DNA of 64,000 nt. Source: Eledone cirrhosa. Lineage: Eukaryota. The notes beneath the pieces are model-generated. The model was not told where the DNA came from. It worked only from the letters and a program-made list of their open reading frames with translations, and searched no databases. The DNA is taken from assembly GCA_964016885.1 (NCBI GenBank), contig OZ024755.1, forward strand, positions 27,280,001 to 27,344,000, given 5' to 3'. This document shows, in pieces, positions 39,859-54,512 of the stretch (position 1 is its first letter; each line of letters opens with the position of its first letter). The position numbers and the translations under genes are program-made.

Positions 39859-39949
39859 CATATATATATACACATATATATATACACATATATATATACA
39901 TATATATATATATATACACATATATATATATACATATATATATATATAC

Positions 39950-40379
39950 ATCATCATCATCATCATCAGGTTTAGCGTCCGTGTTCCACGCTTGCATGGG
40001 TTTGGACGGGAGTTTTCCCACTTGAGGCAAGAGTGGTTGTCTTGCTCACATAGGACTGTCTGGCGGGTTTTCTACAGCTGGATGCCCTTCCTAACACCAA
40101 CCACATTTACAGTGTGGGGCTGGGAGGTTTTTACTGTGTTGCCTACTCGGCCACATTACAGCGTGGACTGTGCGTTTTTTTGTTGTGACACCTACACGAT
40201 CTCATTTGTTTCGGCCTGGATGTTGTGGGACCAACATAACTTTACATTGAAAGGGGCGGTGTGGATGGGGTGGAGGTGGTGGGACGGGGGTGTGTTTTGA
40301 TAGAGATGCCTACTGACTGTAGTAGGTTTTTACTTTGTATTTAGGTAAGGCGGGTCTTCTCTATTACTGAGTACCGCCA
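39950..40379 (-). mobile_element. RTE 3' UTR fragment
   Basis: Reverse complement of about 44733-45165. Confidence 0.88.
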
Positions 40380-40522
40380 TATATATATACATATATATAT
40401 ATACATATATACATATATATACATATATATATACATATATACATATATATACATATATATATACATATATACATATATATATACATATATACATATGTAC
40501 ATACATATATACATATATACAC

Positions 40523-40621
<99 letters not shown>

Positions 40622-40646
40622 CAAATATATACATATATATATATAT

Positions 40647-41297
40647 AATATAATTAGAAATACACAGATACATGCGGACACACACACATATATACATGAA
40701 TGCATCCGCACCCAACTGTGAGTTAAGGGTGCCAACTTCACCGATGTTGCTCAATGAATGACTGGGACAGACCAATTCAGTTGAACTAGACTGAACCAGT
40801 ATCAGAGTTAAAAATACATTATGAAGAGAGAAGAAACATTTAGATATAATTAGTAATAAAATGTATCATACCTAAACTGCTCCTAAATTCCTCGACTACG
40901 TAGTTTCGTGGCATAAACAAAAACAATATATCATGAAGATATAGAGTCCTTGCGAGGTCTGCCGACTTATCAAGAGGATACCTCATTTTACTAGTCTCAA
41001 GAACGCGTCTACACGACGTGAGAAAGAATCCCAAAAGGCGGAGGGGGAGATAGTCACGCGATATAACGGTCGAGAAACAGAGCTAAGCCTCTTATAACCA
41101 CGAAGAAAATACCACGGAGGCGGAGGGGGTATTCATATCGAGGCCGTAGAAGAGGTGGTGAAGAAGGCAAGAAGTATGAGTAATGGAAGCCTTCCAGCTG
41201 TCCCCACACCTCAAAGATTGCTCGACCAGAGGGAGTTATTAACAATATAATTAGAAACACACAGATACATGCGGACACACACACATATATACATGAA

Positions 41298-41302
<5 letters not shown>
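40647..41302 (-). mobile_element. 597-bp terminally redundant non-coding element with variant HHR (40889-40978)
   Basis: 59-bp direct repeats at 40647-40705 and 41244-41302. Minus strand reads TCCTC-TTGATAA-GTcGGCA...TGCCAC-GAAAC-TACGTA-GTC-GAGGA. Confidence 0.78.
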
Positions 41303-41343
<41 letters not shown>

Positions 41344-41466
41344 CATCATCATCATCATTTTACATCCGCTTTTCCCTGCTTGCAAGGATATGTATATGTA
41401 TACATATATATGTACACATATATATGTATATGTATATATATATATATGTATATGTATATATATATG

Positions 41467-41501
<35 letters not shown>

Positions 41502-41516
41502 GTATATATATATTTG

Positions 41517-41549
<33 letters not shown>

Positions 41550-41689
41550 GTATATATATATTTGTATATATCTATATATGTATATATCTATATATGTATA
41601 TATATATATATGTATATATATATGTATATATTTATTTATATATATATGTATATCGAGCTAACATAATATATATGTATATCGGCTAACAT

Positions 41690-44600
41690 AACCCCATCGC
41701 TCCCCGCCCCCCACCGCCCCCAACCCCCAAACGCAATCCAAAACTTCAGAGTTGGTACCATAAATGTAGGCACCCTAAAGGGTTGCACTAACGAGGTTGT
41801 AGAAATGCTTGAGGTCGATGTTTGTTGTATTCAAGAGACCAGGTGGAGGGGTGGGTCTGCTAGATTCATTGAGGGTAAAAAACGATGTTATAAGCTTTTC
41901 TGGGTGGGAAACGACGATGGGCTGGGTGGAGTAGGAATCATGGTAGCAGAAAAGTGGGCAGATAAGATAATAGACGTAAATAGAGTGAACGACAGAATAA
42001 TTAAAATACGACTTGTCCTCAATAGAACTACGGTGACAGTAATATCTGCGTACGCACCCCAATCCGGACTGCCCGGCACTATAAAAGACAGATTCTATGA
42101 GACACTGATGCTAACTACCTCCCAAATATCCGACAGTGACTATATAATTATTGCAGGCGACCTAAATGGTCACGTTGGACAACATTGTGACGGCTACGAC
42201 GAAATCCATGGAGGCTATGGGTTTGGTACTAGAAATGAGGAAGGCTCCAGAATCCTGGAATTCTGTGATGCAAATAACCTAACTATCTGTAACACTAACT
42301 TCAAAAAACGTGACAATCACCTGATCACCTATGGATCCGGGGAACACACAAGCCAGGTAGATTATATCCTTACCAGAAGACGTGACAGAGTGTCTGTTGT
42401 AAACACTAAATCCCTCCCCCGTGAAGAATGCACCTCCCAACATAGACTGATAATTAGCGACCTCATAGTCAGGACGAGACGTACTCGACAGCAAAAGAGG
42501 ACTATCCTCAGGAGAAAAATATGGAAGCTAAAGGACCCCACAGCCAGAAATAAATTTCAAAGCATATTACTTGATGCTTTCGACAGTAAGGAAGAACATT
42601 TAGAGTCGGACAATATAGAGGGACAGTGGGAATTTCTGAAAGCAAACCTGCTGATGGCGACAGACAAAGTCTGTGGCTGGAGCAGGCCTGTAGGCAGGAG
42701 GAGAGTAACATGGTGGTGGAACAGTAAGGTGGAGGGGTCAATTAAGGCCAAAAAGCAGGCTTGGAAAGTATGGCGGGATGGAGGAAGTAGAGAAGACTAT
42801 CAAGTGGCCAGGAGGGAAGCTAGGAGACAAGTGTACTTAGCAAGAAGGGAAGCTGAGGAAAGAAAGTTCAAGCATGTTCTACAACGCGAGAACCAAAAAC
42901 GTGAGGCGTTCAGGATTGCTAGGCAATGCGTCAAGGAAAACCGTGATATTGTTGGGGAGAAGTGTGTACTTAACGATGATGGCATACTTGCCATCACCGA
43001 CGCTGATAAGAAGGTAGCTTGGAAGTGTCACTATGAAAGGCTACTAAATGAGGAGAATAAATGGGAGAAAGACAGTCTCCCCCATATCGACCCAATAGAG
43101 GGACCAGCAGTGTTAGTCGAGGGGAGTATAATAAGTAAGGCAATCAAGGATATGAAGACGGGTAAGGCAGCTGGGCCTTCGGAAATAGTTGCTGAGATGC
43201 TGAAGGCATCTGGCACGGTGGGACACACCATGGTCACCCGCATAGTTAACCAAGTCGTACAGAATGGGGTTGTTCCGAAGGACTGGCATAGCAGCATCAT
43301 CGTTAACTGTTATAAGGGTAAAGGAGACGCCCTAGATAGGAGTAACTATAGAGGCATTAAATTAATCGACCAGGTCATGAAGGTCACGGAAAAAGTAATA
43401 GCGCAACTAATCAGAGAGAGAATTGACCTAGATGAAATGCAGTTCGGGTTTGTGTCAGGCAAAAGTACCACAGACGCTCTTTTCATTGTACGACAACTAC
43501 AGGAGAAGTACCTAGCTAAAGGTAAACCCCTCTACTTAGCTTTTGTCGACTTGGAGAAAGCCTTCGACAGAGTCCCCCACTCCATTATCTGGTGGGCTCT
43601 TAGAAAACTAGGCGTTGACGAATGGCTTGTGAGAGCTATACAAGCCATGTATAAAGAAACAGTCAGCAAGGTTAGAATTAACAACGAATATAGTGAAGAG
43701 TTTAGCGTAAAAGTTGGCGTCCATCAGGGCTCTGTTCTCAGCCCCCTACTATTTATTATTGCCCTTCAGGCTATAACAGAGGAGTTCAAGACCGGCTGCC
43801 CATGGGAACTCCTATACGCAGACGACCTGACACTCATAGCGGAATCAATGGCCGAGCTAGAGAAGAAATTCCAAACATGGAAGCACGGCCTAGAATCAAA
43901 AGGACTTAAAATTAACCTGGCTAAGACTAAAGTTCTAGTTTGTAGGAAAGAAAATAAGGCGGCGGTCCCTTCTGGGAAATGATCGTGCTCGGTGTGTAGG
44001 ATAGGCGTAGGTAGAAACTCCATTTTATGTCCTAAATGCAAAGTATGGGTGCATAAAAGATGTAGTGGGATCACAGGTAAGCTAACTAAGAACATAGATT
44101 TTACATGTGGCCGGTGCTCTGGTGCAATAAGTAGCAGCAAGTGCCCACAAAATACTAGCTCTTTCAATTGCGCAGAGGGTTCTATAGAAATAGTGGACAG
44201 CTTCCGTTACCTGGGCGATAAAATCAGCAGTGGGGGAGGGTGCTCTGAAAGTACAGTAGCTAGAGTCAGAACTGGTTGGAAAAAGTTCAGAGAGCTTATA
44301 CCACTATTAGCTGCTAAAGGGTTCTCCCTAAAAATGAAAGGCAGGTTGTACGATGCCTGCATACGAACAGCAATGTTACATGGCAGTGAGACCTGGGCAT
44401 TGTGTGCAGAGGATATACGCAGACTAGAGAGGAACGAAGCTTGCATGCTCCGCTGGATGTGTAACAGTAATATACGTGAACGGAAAAGCATAAACGAACT
44501 AAGGAAAAAATTAGAAATAAGAGGGATCAGATGTTGTTTACTCGAGAGAAGGCTACGTTGGTATAGACACGTGATGCGCATGAAAGTCGATAGCTGTATA

Positions 44601-45168
44601 ACAAAGTGCAGGGCAATAAAGATAGACGGTAACCACGGAATAGGCAGACCTAGAAAAACCTGGGACGAGCTGATAAACTCCGACCTCACACACTTACACC
44701 TCTCCAAGACAATGTCACTGGACCGAGACCTTTGGCGGTACTCAGTAACAGAGAAGACCCACCTTACCTAAATACATAGTAAAACCTACTACAGCCAGTA
44801 GGCATCTCTAACAAAATACACCCCGTCCCACCACCACCACCCCCACCCCATCCACACCACCCCGTTCTATGTAAAGTTATGTTGGTGCCGCGCCATCCAG
44901 GCCGAAACAAATGAGGTCGTGTAGGTGTCACGACAAAAAAACACACAGTCCACGCTGTAATGTGGCCGTGTAGGTAACACGGTAAAAAGCTCCCAGACCC
45001 ACACTGTAAATGTGGTTGGCGTTAGGAAGGGCATCCAACTGTAGAAAACCTGCCAGACAGTCCTATGCAAGCAAGACAATCACTCTTGCCTCAAGTGGGA
45101 ATACCCCCGTCCAAACCCATGCAAGCGTGGAACACGGACGTTAAACGTTGATGATGATGATGATGATA
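41690..45168 (+). mobile_element. Near full-length RTE-clade LINE (APE + RT + Cys-rich finger), inactivated
   Basis: GTINVGTL, CIQETRW, SAYAPQ, GDLNGHVG, NYRGIKL, YADD; TGG>TGA stop at 43980-43982; (GAT)n tail. Confidence 0.95.
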
Positions 45169-46780
45169 TATATGTATCTATATATGTATATATATATGTA
45201 TGTATCTATATATATGTATGTATATGTATGTCTATATATGTATGTATATAAATATATGTATATAAATGTATGGGGGGGGGCATATTGTCTATTTGCTTCA
45301 GCTTCGGCTTGTTCCTGTGGACGTCGGGTCTTCTGTATTACTGAGTGACGCCAGACGTCATGGTTGTGTCATGGTTGTCTTGCTCGCATAGGACTGTCTG
45401 GACATGCCTGCACAGCTGCTCACAGCTGCGGTTTGAATGAGCTTGCAGATAGCATAACTATAGTCTGACTGTAGCTGTGAGCAGGTGTGCAGGCATGTCC
45501 GGTAATTGAGACGTTAACCGGTAATTGAGATCCAGTCCTGAGATTCAGTCCTGGGTCAAGCAAAGACCGAGGAAAATGGGCGACTGGCACATCGAATGTG
45601 CTCAGGCGCTCACAGCTCTCTGGCAGGCGGACCACTTCGTCATTCTATGGGAAGGCAAGTCTTCTTCATAATGCCAGAGATCAAGATCCTGTGTCATCAC
45701 CTTTAAGAGGTGTAATTGTGCAAGGTCTGCTTTTATCACCTCATCCCAGAGCAACTTTGATCACCCTGCCCCTTTTTATGCAGCTGTCATCCTTCATACG
45801 CATCACATGTCCATACCAACGCAACCCCCTCTCCTGCACACAGCATTTGATTCCTCTTGTGCTCAGTCTCTCTCTCTCAATTTGTATATATATGTGTGTG
45901 TGTAAATGTCTATATATTTCTCACTCACTCTATATATATGTGTGTGTTTGTATACATATATATAGAGAGAGACATATATGCATACATATAAATCAATATA
46001 CACATATATATATTCGTAGTTAGGGTTGGGTGAAAAAAAAAACCTTAAAAGAAAACATACATATTTCTCTCTCTCCATATATATATATATCAGATAGGGT
46101 GTGGTAAAAACCACCAGAGTACTTGATACTTGGGGTAGTAGAGTGGGTAATATGAAAAGATTCAGGACCCAGACGGGGAGAGAGAAAGATATCATTATCG
46201 TTTTTACAAACTTGCCTGGGTTGGACAGGTCCTTTACAGTATCTTCCCTACAAAGTCTCCCCTTCCTGTTAGCCTATTCGTTATTCCACTACATCTTTTG
46301 TGTACCCAGGATTTACATTGTGTGCACTGTATGGAGTTTATACCTACTCCTTTTCTGTATATTAATCAGGGCCACTTCCCTGAAGGAATCTGGTTCCTAT
46401 CTTTTTTTCTACTCACTAGCACTCTAGTTTTGGCTAAGTATACACTCAGACCTTATTCTTGGCTAGGAACTTCTCTTGTAGTTGTCTCACTAAGAAGAGA
46501 GTATCTGTAGTACTTTTCCCAGGCATGAAACCAAACTGCATCTCATCTATTTTAACTCTTTCCCTAATTAGTTGTACTATAACCATCCCATACTGTAAAG
46601 TGGTCATGTAGGTGTGACGACAAAAAGCATCCAGTCCACACTGTAAAGTGGTCATGTAGGTGTCACAACAAAAAGTACCCAGCCCATACTGTAAAGTGGT
46701 CATGTAGATGTGACGACAAAAATCACCCAGTCCACACTGTAAAGTGGTCATGTAGGTGTCACAACAAAAATCACCCAGCA

Positions 46781-47516
46781 CCCCGAGCGTTGGACGAGTG
46801 CTTCCCGCCGTCGAGCAGGTACTAGAGGATATTCAACCGCCACACGGTGAAGTTCTCCTTCTCCTCCACACCTAACATGGCCAAAACCAATGCTGTGAAG
46901 TTGGAGAAACTCGACCGTCAACAGCGGCAGGCGACTGACGGTCACGGGGTCTCCAACTATACTCCGGTCCCCGCAGCGGCCGCCATGCCCACGGAAGACG
47001 CTGTAATTAAATGCCAGGCAGAACTGAGTGACGAAGGGGAGCCCACCGCACTGACAGAACACCACCCAGAGAATCGGGGGAGTGCCGTGGTAGACCAAGG
47101 GCCCAGCGTTGGAAATCAGCAACATAACGACCGAACATGCAACTGCAGAGCGGGCACACAATTCCCCCTGCAGGGAAGATGCCTGACGAAGGACCTAGTA
47201 TATAAATGTGTGGTTAACACGCACAACACCAAGTGCACCTACATCGGCGCAACATCCACAACCTTTAAATCGAGGATGTATAATCACACAAACTCTTTCA
47301 AGGACCTAATATGCAGACCTAATATGGGACTTGAAAGACAACGGCACCCCATATGATCTCAACTGGAGTATCGTTCAACATGCATATTCGGCTGGAAACA
47401 GGCAGTGCCTATCCGAGGCCATGGAGATAGTCAGATTGAAGGATGATGCGGTCAACCTGAAAGCGGAGATTATCATGACATGCAGACACCAGAGAAGGTG
47501 CACATTCTCCGCATGA
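46781..47516 (+). mobile_element. Decayed Penelope-like element C-terminus (GIY-YIG; Naiad/Hydra-like)
   Basis: CNCR...PLQGRCL, LVYKC...YIGATSTTFKSRMYNH, terminal CRH; frameshifted. Clade assignment tentative. Confidence 0.8.
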
Positions 47517-48280
47517 ACCAAACCGGACAGCCCAAACTAAAGGCATGCAGGGAAGCGGAAGCTGGTCCGAGCGGCGGCGCGGGTCCAAGGGACCAGACAC
47601 CATACCTTGTTGACTATGTATGCCCTGTGGGGTAAGTCGATGCAACCTATGCTGCATATCGGACTCAGCACGTCATCCTAGGCATTGACATCGCATGAGC
47701 TGGGACACGGTGGCTCAACTTCCACGGATATTCAGTCCCGTACCATACATCAATAAGGCACTCTATCTCACCCACAGTGAAATGCTCCATTATGGCCTGT
47801 TCACGCACTCCCTGCATGTGTAGCTTTTCAGTGGTATGTGCATGTTCTCCAAGTACTACATTATGTAACACCCCATGTATTTTTCCATGTACAAACCAAT
47901 GTTTATCTTTGTATACTTTTCTTATATAATTCAAATGTATGTACTTTTTATATATTCTGCATACATTCTTTTAATATCCTGCATGCATTTTCTATATACG
48001 GTCTGGGCATACCCTTTACATTAATACCATGAACTCCCCATATGTAGCCTTGCTTGAGGTGCCTATATGTGGATTAACCCATTACAGCGTGGACTGTGTG
48101 TTTTTTTTGTCGTGATACCTACACAACCTCATTTGTTTCGGACTGGATGTTGTGGTACCAACATAACTTCACATATATATATATATATATACATACCTTT
48201 GTATATATTTTATATATAAAGGTATGTATATATATATATATATATATATACATTTATATATAAAGATATATATGTATCTA

Positions 48281-51200
48281 TCTAAGGCGGGTAAAATTCC
48301 CGAGATCCATGGACGAGTTCTCTCCAGCGGTCTCTGTCCCTCATTATCGCTGCCATATCCTGCATCTCCAACAGACCAGTGTCTGTCCTTAGGGTATCAA
48401 CATATGTTAACCTTGGTCTTCCTCTTCTAGTGTGTCCATGTAGGGGCTCCCAAAGGAGCACTGAGTGCAATGTCAACTCTGGATGTCGGTGAGCATGTCC
48501 AGCCAACCTCAGTCTCCTCTGTGTCACTTTTGAGCTGACTTTTGGGATGCTCCCATACAGCTCTGAGTTTTTCATCCTCAGTGTATACTGATTAATGTTC
48601 AGAGCCATCCTCAGCATTCTCGTGTAGCACCCATCCACCATCTGAGTGAGTCTCTTGGTCAGTGTCCAAGTCTCAGACCCATACAGCAGCACAGACTCCA
48701 CTACAGCAATGAAGAGGCGGATTTTCAGGTCTCTATGAAGGTCCGACTTCCACACCGATCTCAAGCTGTGACACGCCGCCCAGGCCTTGCTCTTCCTCTC
48801 AACCACATCATCTTCCGTATTCCCAATCTTTGCTCCCAAATACAGGAAGTCCTCAACCAATTCCAGCGGCTTCCCGCCTACATTAGTGATCCCCTCTGGC
48901 TTCTCAACATTCTCTACCAGATATTTTGTTTTAGTCTCATTCATTCTCAGCCCCACACTCATCGACACAGTCTCAACCTCCTGCATCAAATCCTCTGCCT
49001 CCTTCACTGTATTTGTCACCAAAACTATGTCGTCGGCAAATTCAGCATCCGATACCTTTTTCGCCCCAACTCTCCTGCTCTGAGCCGGTGCTACAGTAAA
49101 GCCAGAGTCCTGGTGTTTCTCCAGTGCAAGGCGCATACAATAGTCCACTACGATGATAAAATGGTAGGGAGCCAATGTATCTCCCTGGAGCACTCCAGCC
49201 AGTATCTCAAAGAACTCTGTCATCCCATCAGGTGTAATGACTTGGGCTTTGGTGTTGGTGTAGAGCAGTGATATCAGGTCCACTATCCTCTTGGGGATTC
49301 CATAAGCCTGTAAGATCTTCATCAGGCAGTAACGGTCCACAGAATCAAAGGCCTTCCTAAAGTCAATGAAAACCATGACCGCAGGAAGGCACTTTGCTCT
49401 AGCTGCCTCTAATATCCTCCTCAGCATCAGGATGTGACTGGTGGTTGATCTACCCTCTCTGAAGCCGTTCTGGTTGTCCCTGAGCTTATTCTCCATCTCA
49501 GGCTGGATCCTGTTAAGAATCATCCTGTTGAGGGTCTTTGCCACAAGTGACGTCAGTGAGATCCCCCGGTAGTTGTTGGTGTTAGAGAGATCTCCCTTCT
49601 TTGGTACTGGGACGATGTTACTGATCCTCCACTGATTCGGGGCAACTCCTTTCTCCAGTGCCCCGTTACAGAACCCCAGGATGATATCATCAAAATCACA
49701 CCTCTGATGCCACTCCATCTTCTCCATGAGCCTTGCCCTCCTTGATCTTCTTCTTGGCTCTCTGAAGCTCCTCTCTGGTGAAGGGCTCTGTCTCAACATC
49801 CAGTTCCTCAAACAGCCGCCTGATCTCCCCAGTGCTCTGGGCTGTGGAGGGTGGCTCTCCTAGTAGGGTCCTAAAATGGTCTAGCCATTTCCTCTTCCTA
49901 TCCTCGGGCCCCGTTCCCTGGATCTGACTCGAACACCTTTTCTTCCTCCCTGTGATCTTGTTGATGATCATCCAGCTCTCCTTACATCCAGATCTGTCAA
50001 CCGCTCTCTCCACACTTCTGATCTTCTCTATCAGTGCCTCCTCTCTGACCTCAGTGTAAGCGGTACAGAGCTCTTCCCTCATCACCTCCACAGTCTCCAT
50101 CCTCTCCTCCGTAGGATCAGCATAGAATTGGTCCCTGGCAGCTTTCAGGTGTTCTCTGGCTGCACACACTTTTGGGTTTGCAGAGCTGACGTGCTTCCCT
50201 TTGTTCTTTTTCCTCAGCACCAGGGTTTCACTTGCTTTCGCCACTGCATTGGTGAAGTGCCCGTACCTCCTCGTCACACTCTCCTCAGTCCATCCAATCT
50301 CTCTCTCCTCTGACTCTCCACACAGAGCACTAAACCTGTTTCTCACTTCCACTGTGAACCTCTCCTGTAGCTTTTCATCTTCCTTGAAAGCTCCCCAGTC
50401 ATAGATTGTTCTCCGGGGCTGAGCCTTGCTCTTTCTTAAGCTCACGCGGACCTCACTCATAACAAGCCGGTGGTCACTACCCAGTGTACTGAAATAGCTG
50501 TATGGTTCCGTGTTCAGAACACTATTCCGCCACTTTTTCCTCACCAGAATGAAATCAATCTGGGACTTGGACAGGTGCATATCTGAGATGTAGGTCCACA
50601 TCTTCCCCAGATTCTTCCTAAACCTTAGGTTGGTCGCCATCAAGTTCGCCTCCAACAGGGTGTCTCTCAGTAGTCTTCCATTTCGGTTGGTGTTGTTATG
50701 GAAGTACCAGCAAGGATCTTCACTGCCCTCCTTACTCAGATGTGCATTGAAGTCCCCCAAAACAAGCAGGATATTGTGTGCCTGAGTGGTGTTGACAGCT
50801 CTACACACCTCCTCATGGAACTCCTCGGCATTCACATCACTGTCCCCCTCGGTTGGACTATAGGCTGAGATGACTGTCAGTCTTGGGTTTCCATTGAAGG
50901 TCACCCTCAACACTCGCGGGGAGATAGGCATTATTTCCCTCACCAACAGATTGGTTTTTGCACTGAACACAAAACCCACTCCTCCTACTGCAGCATTTGT
51001 TGTGTTCTTCACTGCCGATGTAGTGATGAGCTGGCTCTTCTTCCCAATCATCACACTCCTCACGGGCTCATCGTGTAGAATCCTGTGTTCTTGGATCGCA
51101 AGTATCTGTATACCACTCTCCTCGAACAGATGTCCCAACTCCTCTCTCTTCTCCAGCGTTCGAATAGTCCTCACATTCAAAAAGTGCCCATTTTGATGGC

Positions 51201-51431
51201 TCTTCTGCAGGACAAAACTGCATTCTTTATATTTGTCTCAGAGACAGCTGATCCATCATCCACTGGCCCTCTCTGTGGCTCTAAGCCAGCAGAGTCATAA
51301 CGACCAGGCTGCTCCTTGACAGTGTAATTAGGGGCTCTAACCCTAGTGCTGTTAGATCGACTCTCCATATTTCTTTTCAATGGCTGACAATACCTTACCG
51401 GCGCCACTCGAATAAGGTAGTTATTTAACCC
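48281..51431 (-). mobile_element. Apparently full-length RTE-clade LINE, second family (APE + RT, one frameshift near 49700)
   Basis: MGTF.NVRT, IQEHR, SAYSPT, GDFNAH, SDHRLV; NYRGISL, QNGFR, FIDFRKAFD, GVLQGD, FADD. Absent from copy A. Confidence 0.95.
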
Positions 51432-51864
51432 ATATATGTATACATATATATATATATATATATACATTTATATATAAAGATATATATGTATACATATATA
51501 TATTATATATATATACATTTATATATAAAGATATATATGTATACATATATATATATATATATATATAGTATTAAGGATACTATTTATGGTTATGTATATA
51601 ATAAAACCGGTTTGGAGGAAACAATTGTAAGCAAATATGTGTGCAAACATATATGTGTGTGTGTGTGTGTATACATATACATGTGTGTAGATGTATGTGT
51701 GTGGGTGTGTGGGTAGGTGCGTGTATGTGTATACGGGCCGCTACCAGTGGTCAGAATAATGATGACGTCACTAACCAGTGACCAACCCCAGGACGCAAAA
51801 AGCGGATGAAGGTGGACGATATAGACTTGTAGGGTCAGAAACCCTCAGAAAGAGGATATGCTCC

Positions 51865-51981
51865 GAAATCAATAGACGTGTCCGAGGAACCTGCTTGTCT
51901 AGAGTCAGGTCGATCCACACACAGACCGCACCTCGAGCTGTCCGCCGGGGAAACAATTGTAACACACAATAAATTGAGTTC
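51865..51981 (+). ncRNA. Type I hammerhead ribozyme variant (core CCGAGGA), long stem II
   Basis: GTGT-CCGAGGA-stem II-GAAAC-AATT-GTA-ACAC; extended stem I GAAATCAAT/ATTGAGTTC. Confidence 0.65.
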
Positions 51982-54237
51982 TGATGCATCGCTGATTTTT
52001 CGTTTTCCATTCTATAATACTCTGCGCCGTAGGAGCAAAGAGTGCTCAACTAGCATACCACCTATGGAAGCATCTTAGCTACCATTAGACATATATAGAT
52101 AGTTGGATGTGCAATGCCAATGTGTGTGAACGACCAAGCATAGACGAGTTGAGAAAGAAACTGGGTATAAGAGGGATAAGTTGTAGTGTGCAGGAGAGAA
52201 GGCTGAGATGGTAATGACATGTGATGTGCATGGAGGATGACCGCTGGATAAAGAAATCCCAGTAGAAGGAAGACGCAGTAGAGGTAGACCACGAAAAACA
52301 TGGGTGGAGGTGGTGAGAGTAGACCTCAGATTGCTGAAGCTCATAGAGATGACGAAGGACCATGACAAGTGGAGAGATGCTGTGCTGAATAGGACCCAGT
52401 CACCCCTTGCAAGCAGGGAAAAGCGGACGTAAAATGATGATACACACACACACAAGTGCAGTGTGGCTTATTTCTTCATTTTTGTTAAAGATGATAGGAG
52501 AAATGGGTTTGCACACTTACATGCAGATGTATGTATGAATGTATATATATACATACATATATATATACAGGGTGTGGCAATATTTGTTCGCAAGATTACT
52601 GTCTAGGAAAAAATAACACAGTAGTTTTATTGTTTTAGATTTATTTATCAAACTTGGGTCACTTTGTCTCCATGACTTGTTCTTTCGATCTCACTCGATA
52701 AACCCGCCATTGGCTTTGATGACGGCCTCAAGGCAGCCTCACAACCGGCTACATTCTTCTGGAAAGGGAGATATGAAGGAATTAGAAGAGAGGCTGGGGT
52801 AGCATTTGCTGTTAAGACTGCTCTTGTAGATAAATTGGAAGAATTCCAAGTGGGATTAGTGAGTGTCTTATGTCCATGAGAATTCCACTGGACAAAGGAA
52901 GATATGCGACCCTGGTGCGTGTGTATGCTCCAACTATGAATTCTGTTGATGAAGAAAAAGAGTCTTTCTACCATGCTTTGAAAGGTGTTATAAGAAATAT
53001 CCCTCAGGCAGACAAGGTCATCGTGCTTGGTGACATTAATGCTAGAGTGGGTAGGGATTTTAGCACATGGAATGTAATCGGAAGGCATGGGGTGGGAAAG
53101 TATAACAGCAATGGTATGCTCCTGCTGCAGGTGTGTGAGGAGCTGGATCTTGTGTGTTACCAACACCATGTGTATATACCAATATTAAACTAGTAAGACC
53201 ATTGTGCAACAGACAAAAGATGTGCCCTCTAATGGCTTGATTGCATTAGTTTTTTTTATGTCATCGTTATGCACCTTCATATGCTGCGTGTTGTCTCACC
53301 TAGTATGGGAGGGATAGTGCTACAATGATTGTTGACAACAAAAGGACGCATGTATGCAAGAAATGAAGCTGCCACGTAACTATGAGTTCTATTTTTATCT
53401 TAAAAGAAAGCATGTGTTGAGTAGGTGAAGATGTGCCAGAAAGCCATATTAAAGGTAGAACAAGAAAGGAAAAAAGAGAGGTTTCTTCTTCTATAGTTGT
53501 TTAGTTTCTGAAAATAAAATGTACATTAAATACCTCTTCACACAATGTCAAAAGATGGCTCTACAGAATAAGATTTATAGAGAATGTATCTGTATGTGTG
53601 AAGAGAGAAGTTCGAGTTATATTTCTTAGAATGTGAGAATTATTGACATAACTAATAAAATGTATATACACGGTAAAGAGGACATTACATACTTCTTTAC
53701 ATGAATGCAATATCCAGAATGATTTTTTTCAAAGATCCAGAAGTCAATTGAGAAAGATTATTTTTTTCAAAAACTAATTCCACAAGGGGAGATAATTCTA
53801 ATCAAATTTAGAGCAAAAGTGGGTAAGATGAATTCCTCGTGCGGTTCAGGAAGCAGGCCAGCATATAGCCAGCCTGCAAATAGTCCCGGCTGGGTTGTGT
53901 GTGCATATAGCCAGCCTGCAAATAGTCCCGGTTAGGTTGTGTGTTGTGTTTCTGAACGAAACACTTCATTTCATGTTGCTCCATTATACTCAGCTGAAAA
54001 TGAGTACCCAGGTTTAACCCTGCGATGGACTGGTGTTCTGTCCAGGAGGAGGGGGGAGTCCTGTACTCTCAATCGCTTCATACCATGAAATCTGGATAAG
54101 CACCGGCCAAATGAGCCCTCTGGCTTCAGATGGACTTTAGACTTAGATATAATAGAATTAACTCTTTAGCATTTAAATTGGCATATCCAGCCAGAATTCT
54201 CTGACCTCTTTCTGTTCAAACTGGCTGTAACTGGCCA

Positions 54238-54512
54238 ACGACATCGTTGTACTGAGCACTTTCGTAAAGTAGCTCTCGATTGTGTGCGTCGTTGGGGTGA
54301 TACCCGAAGAGAAAGACAACTTTCGTGAGGAGATTAGGAGGCAGGTTTGACAGTTGGCCTCCATGTTGGCTTCATGGCCACAGTTTTCTGATCGATACGC
54401 TGCCCCATGTGGAGCAAATTGCTTCTCGCTGGGATCATCGCGTGTGCAGGGACACAACAAGGATGAGCCAGAAGGGAGGTCTGTGTCAACAGATTTTCTC
54501 ACTTGGAATTGT
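54238..54512 (-). pseudogene. GT31 glycosyltransferase pseudogene fragment (copy B)
   Basis: Paralog of 27498-27772, shortened by a deletion of about 300 bp. Confidence 0.9.
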
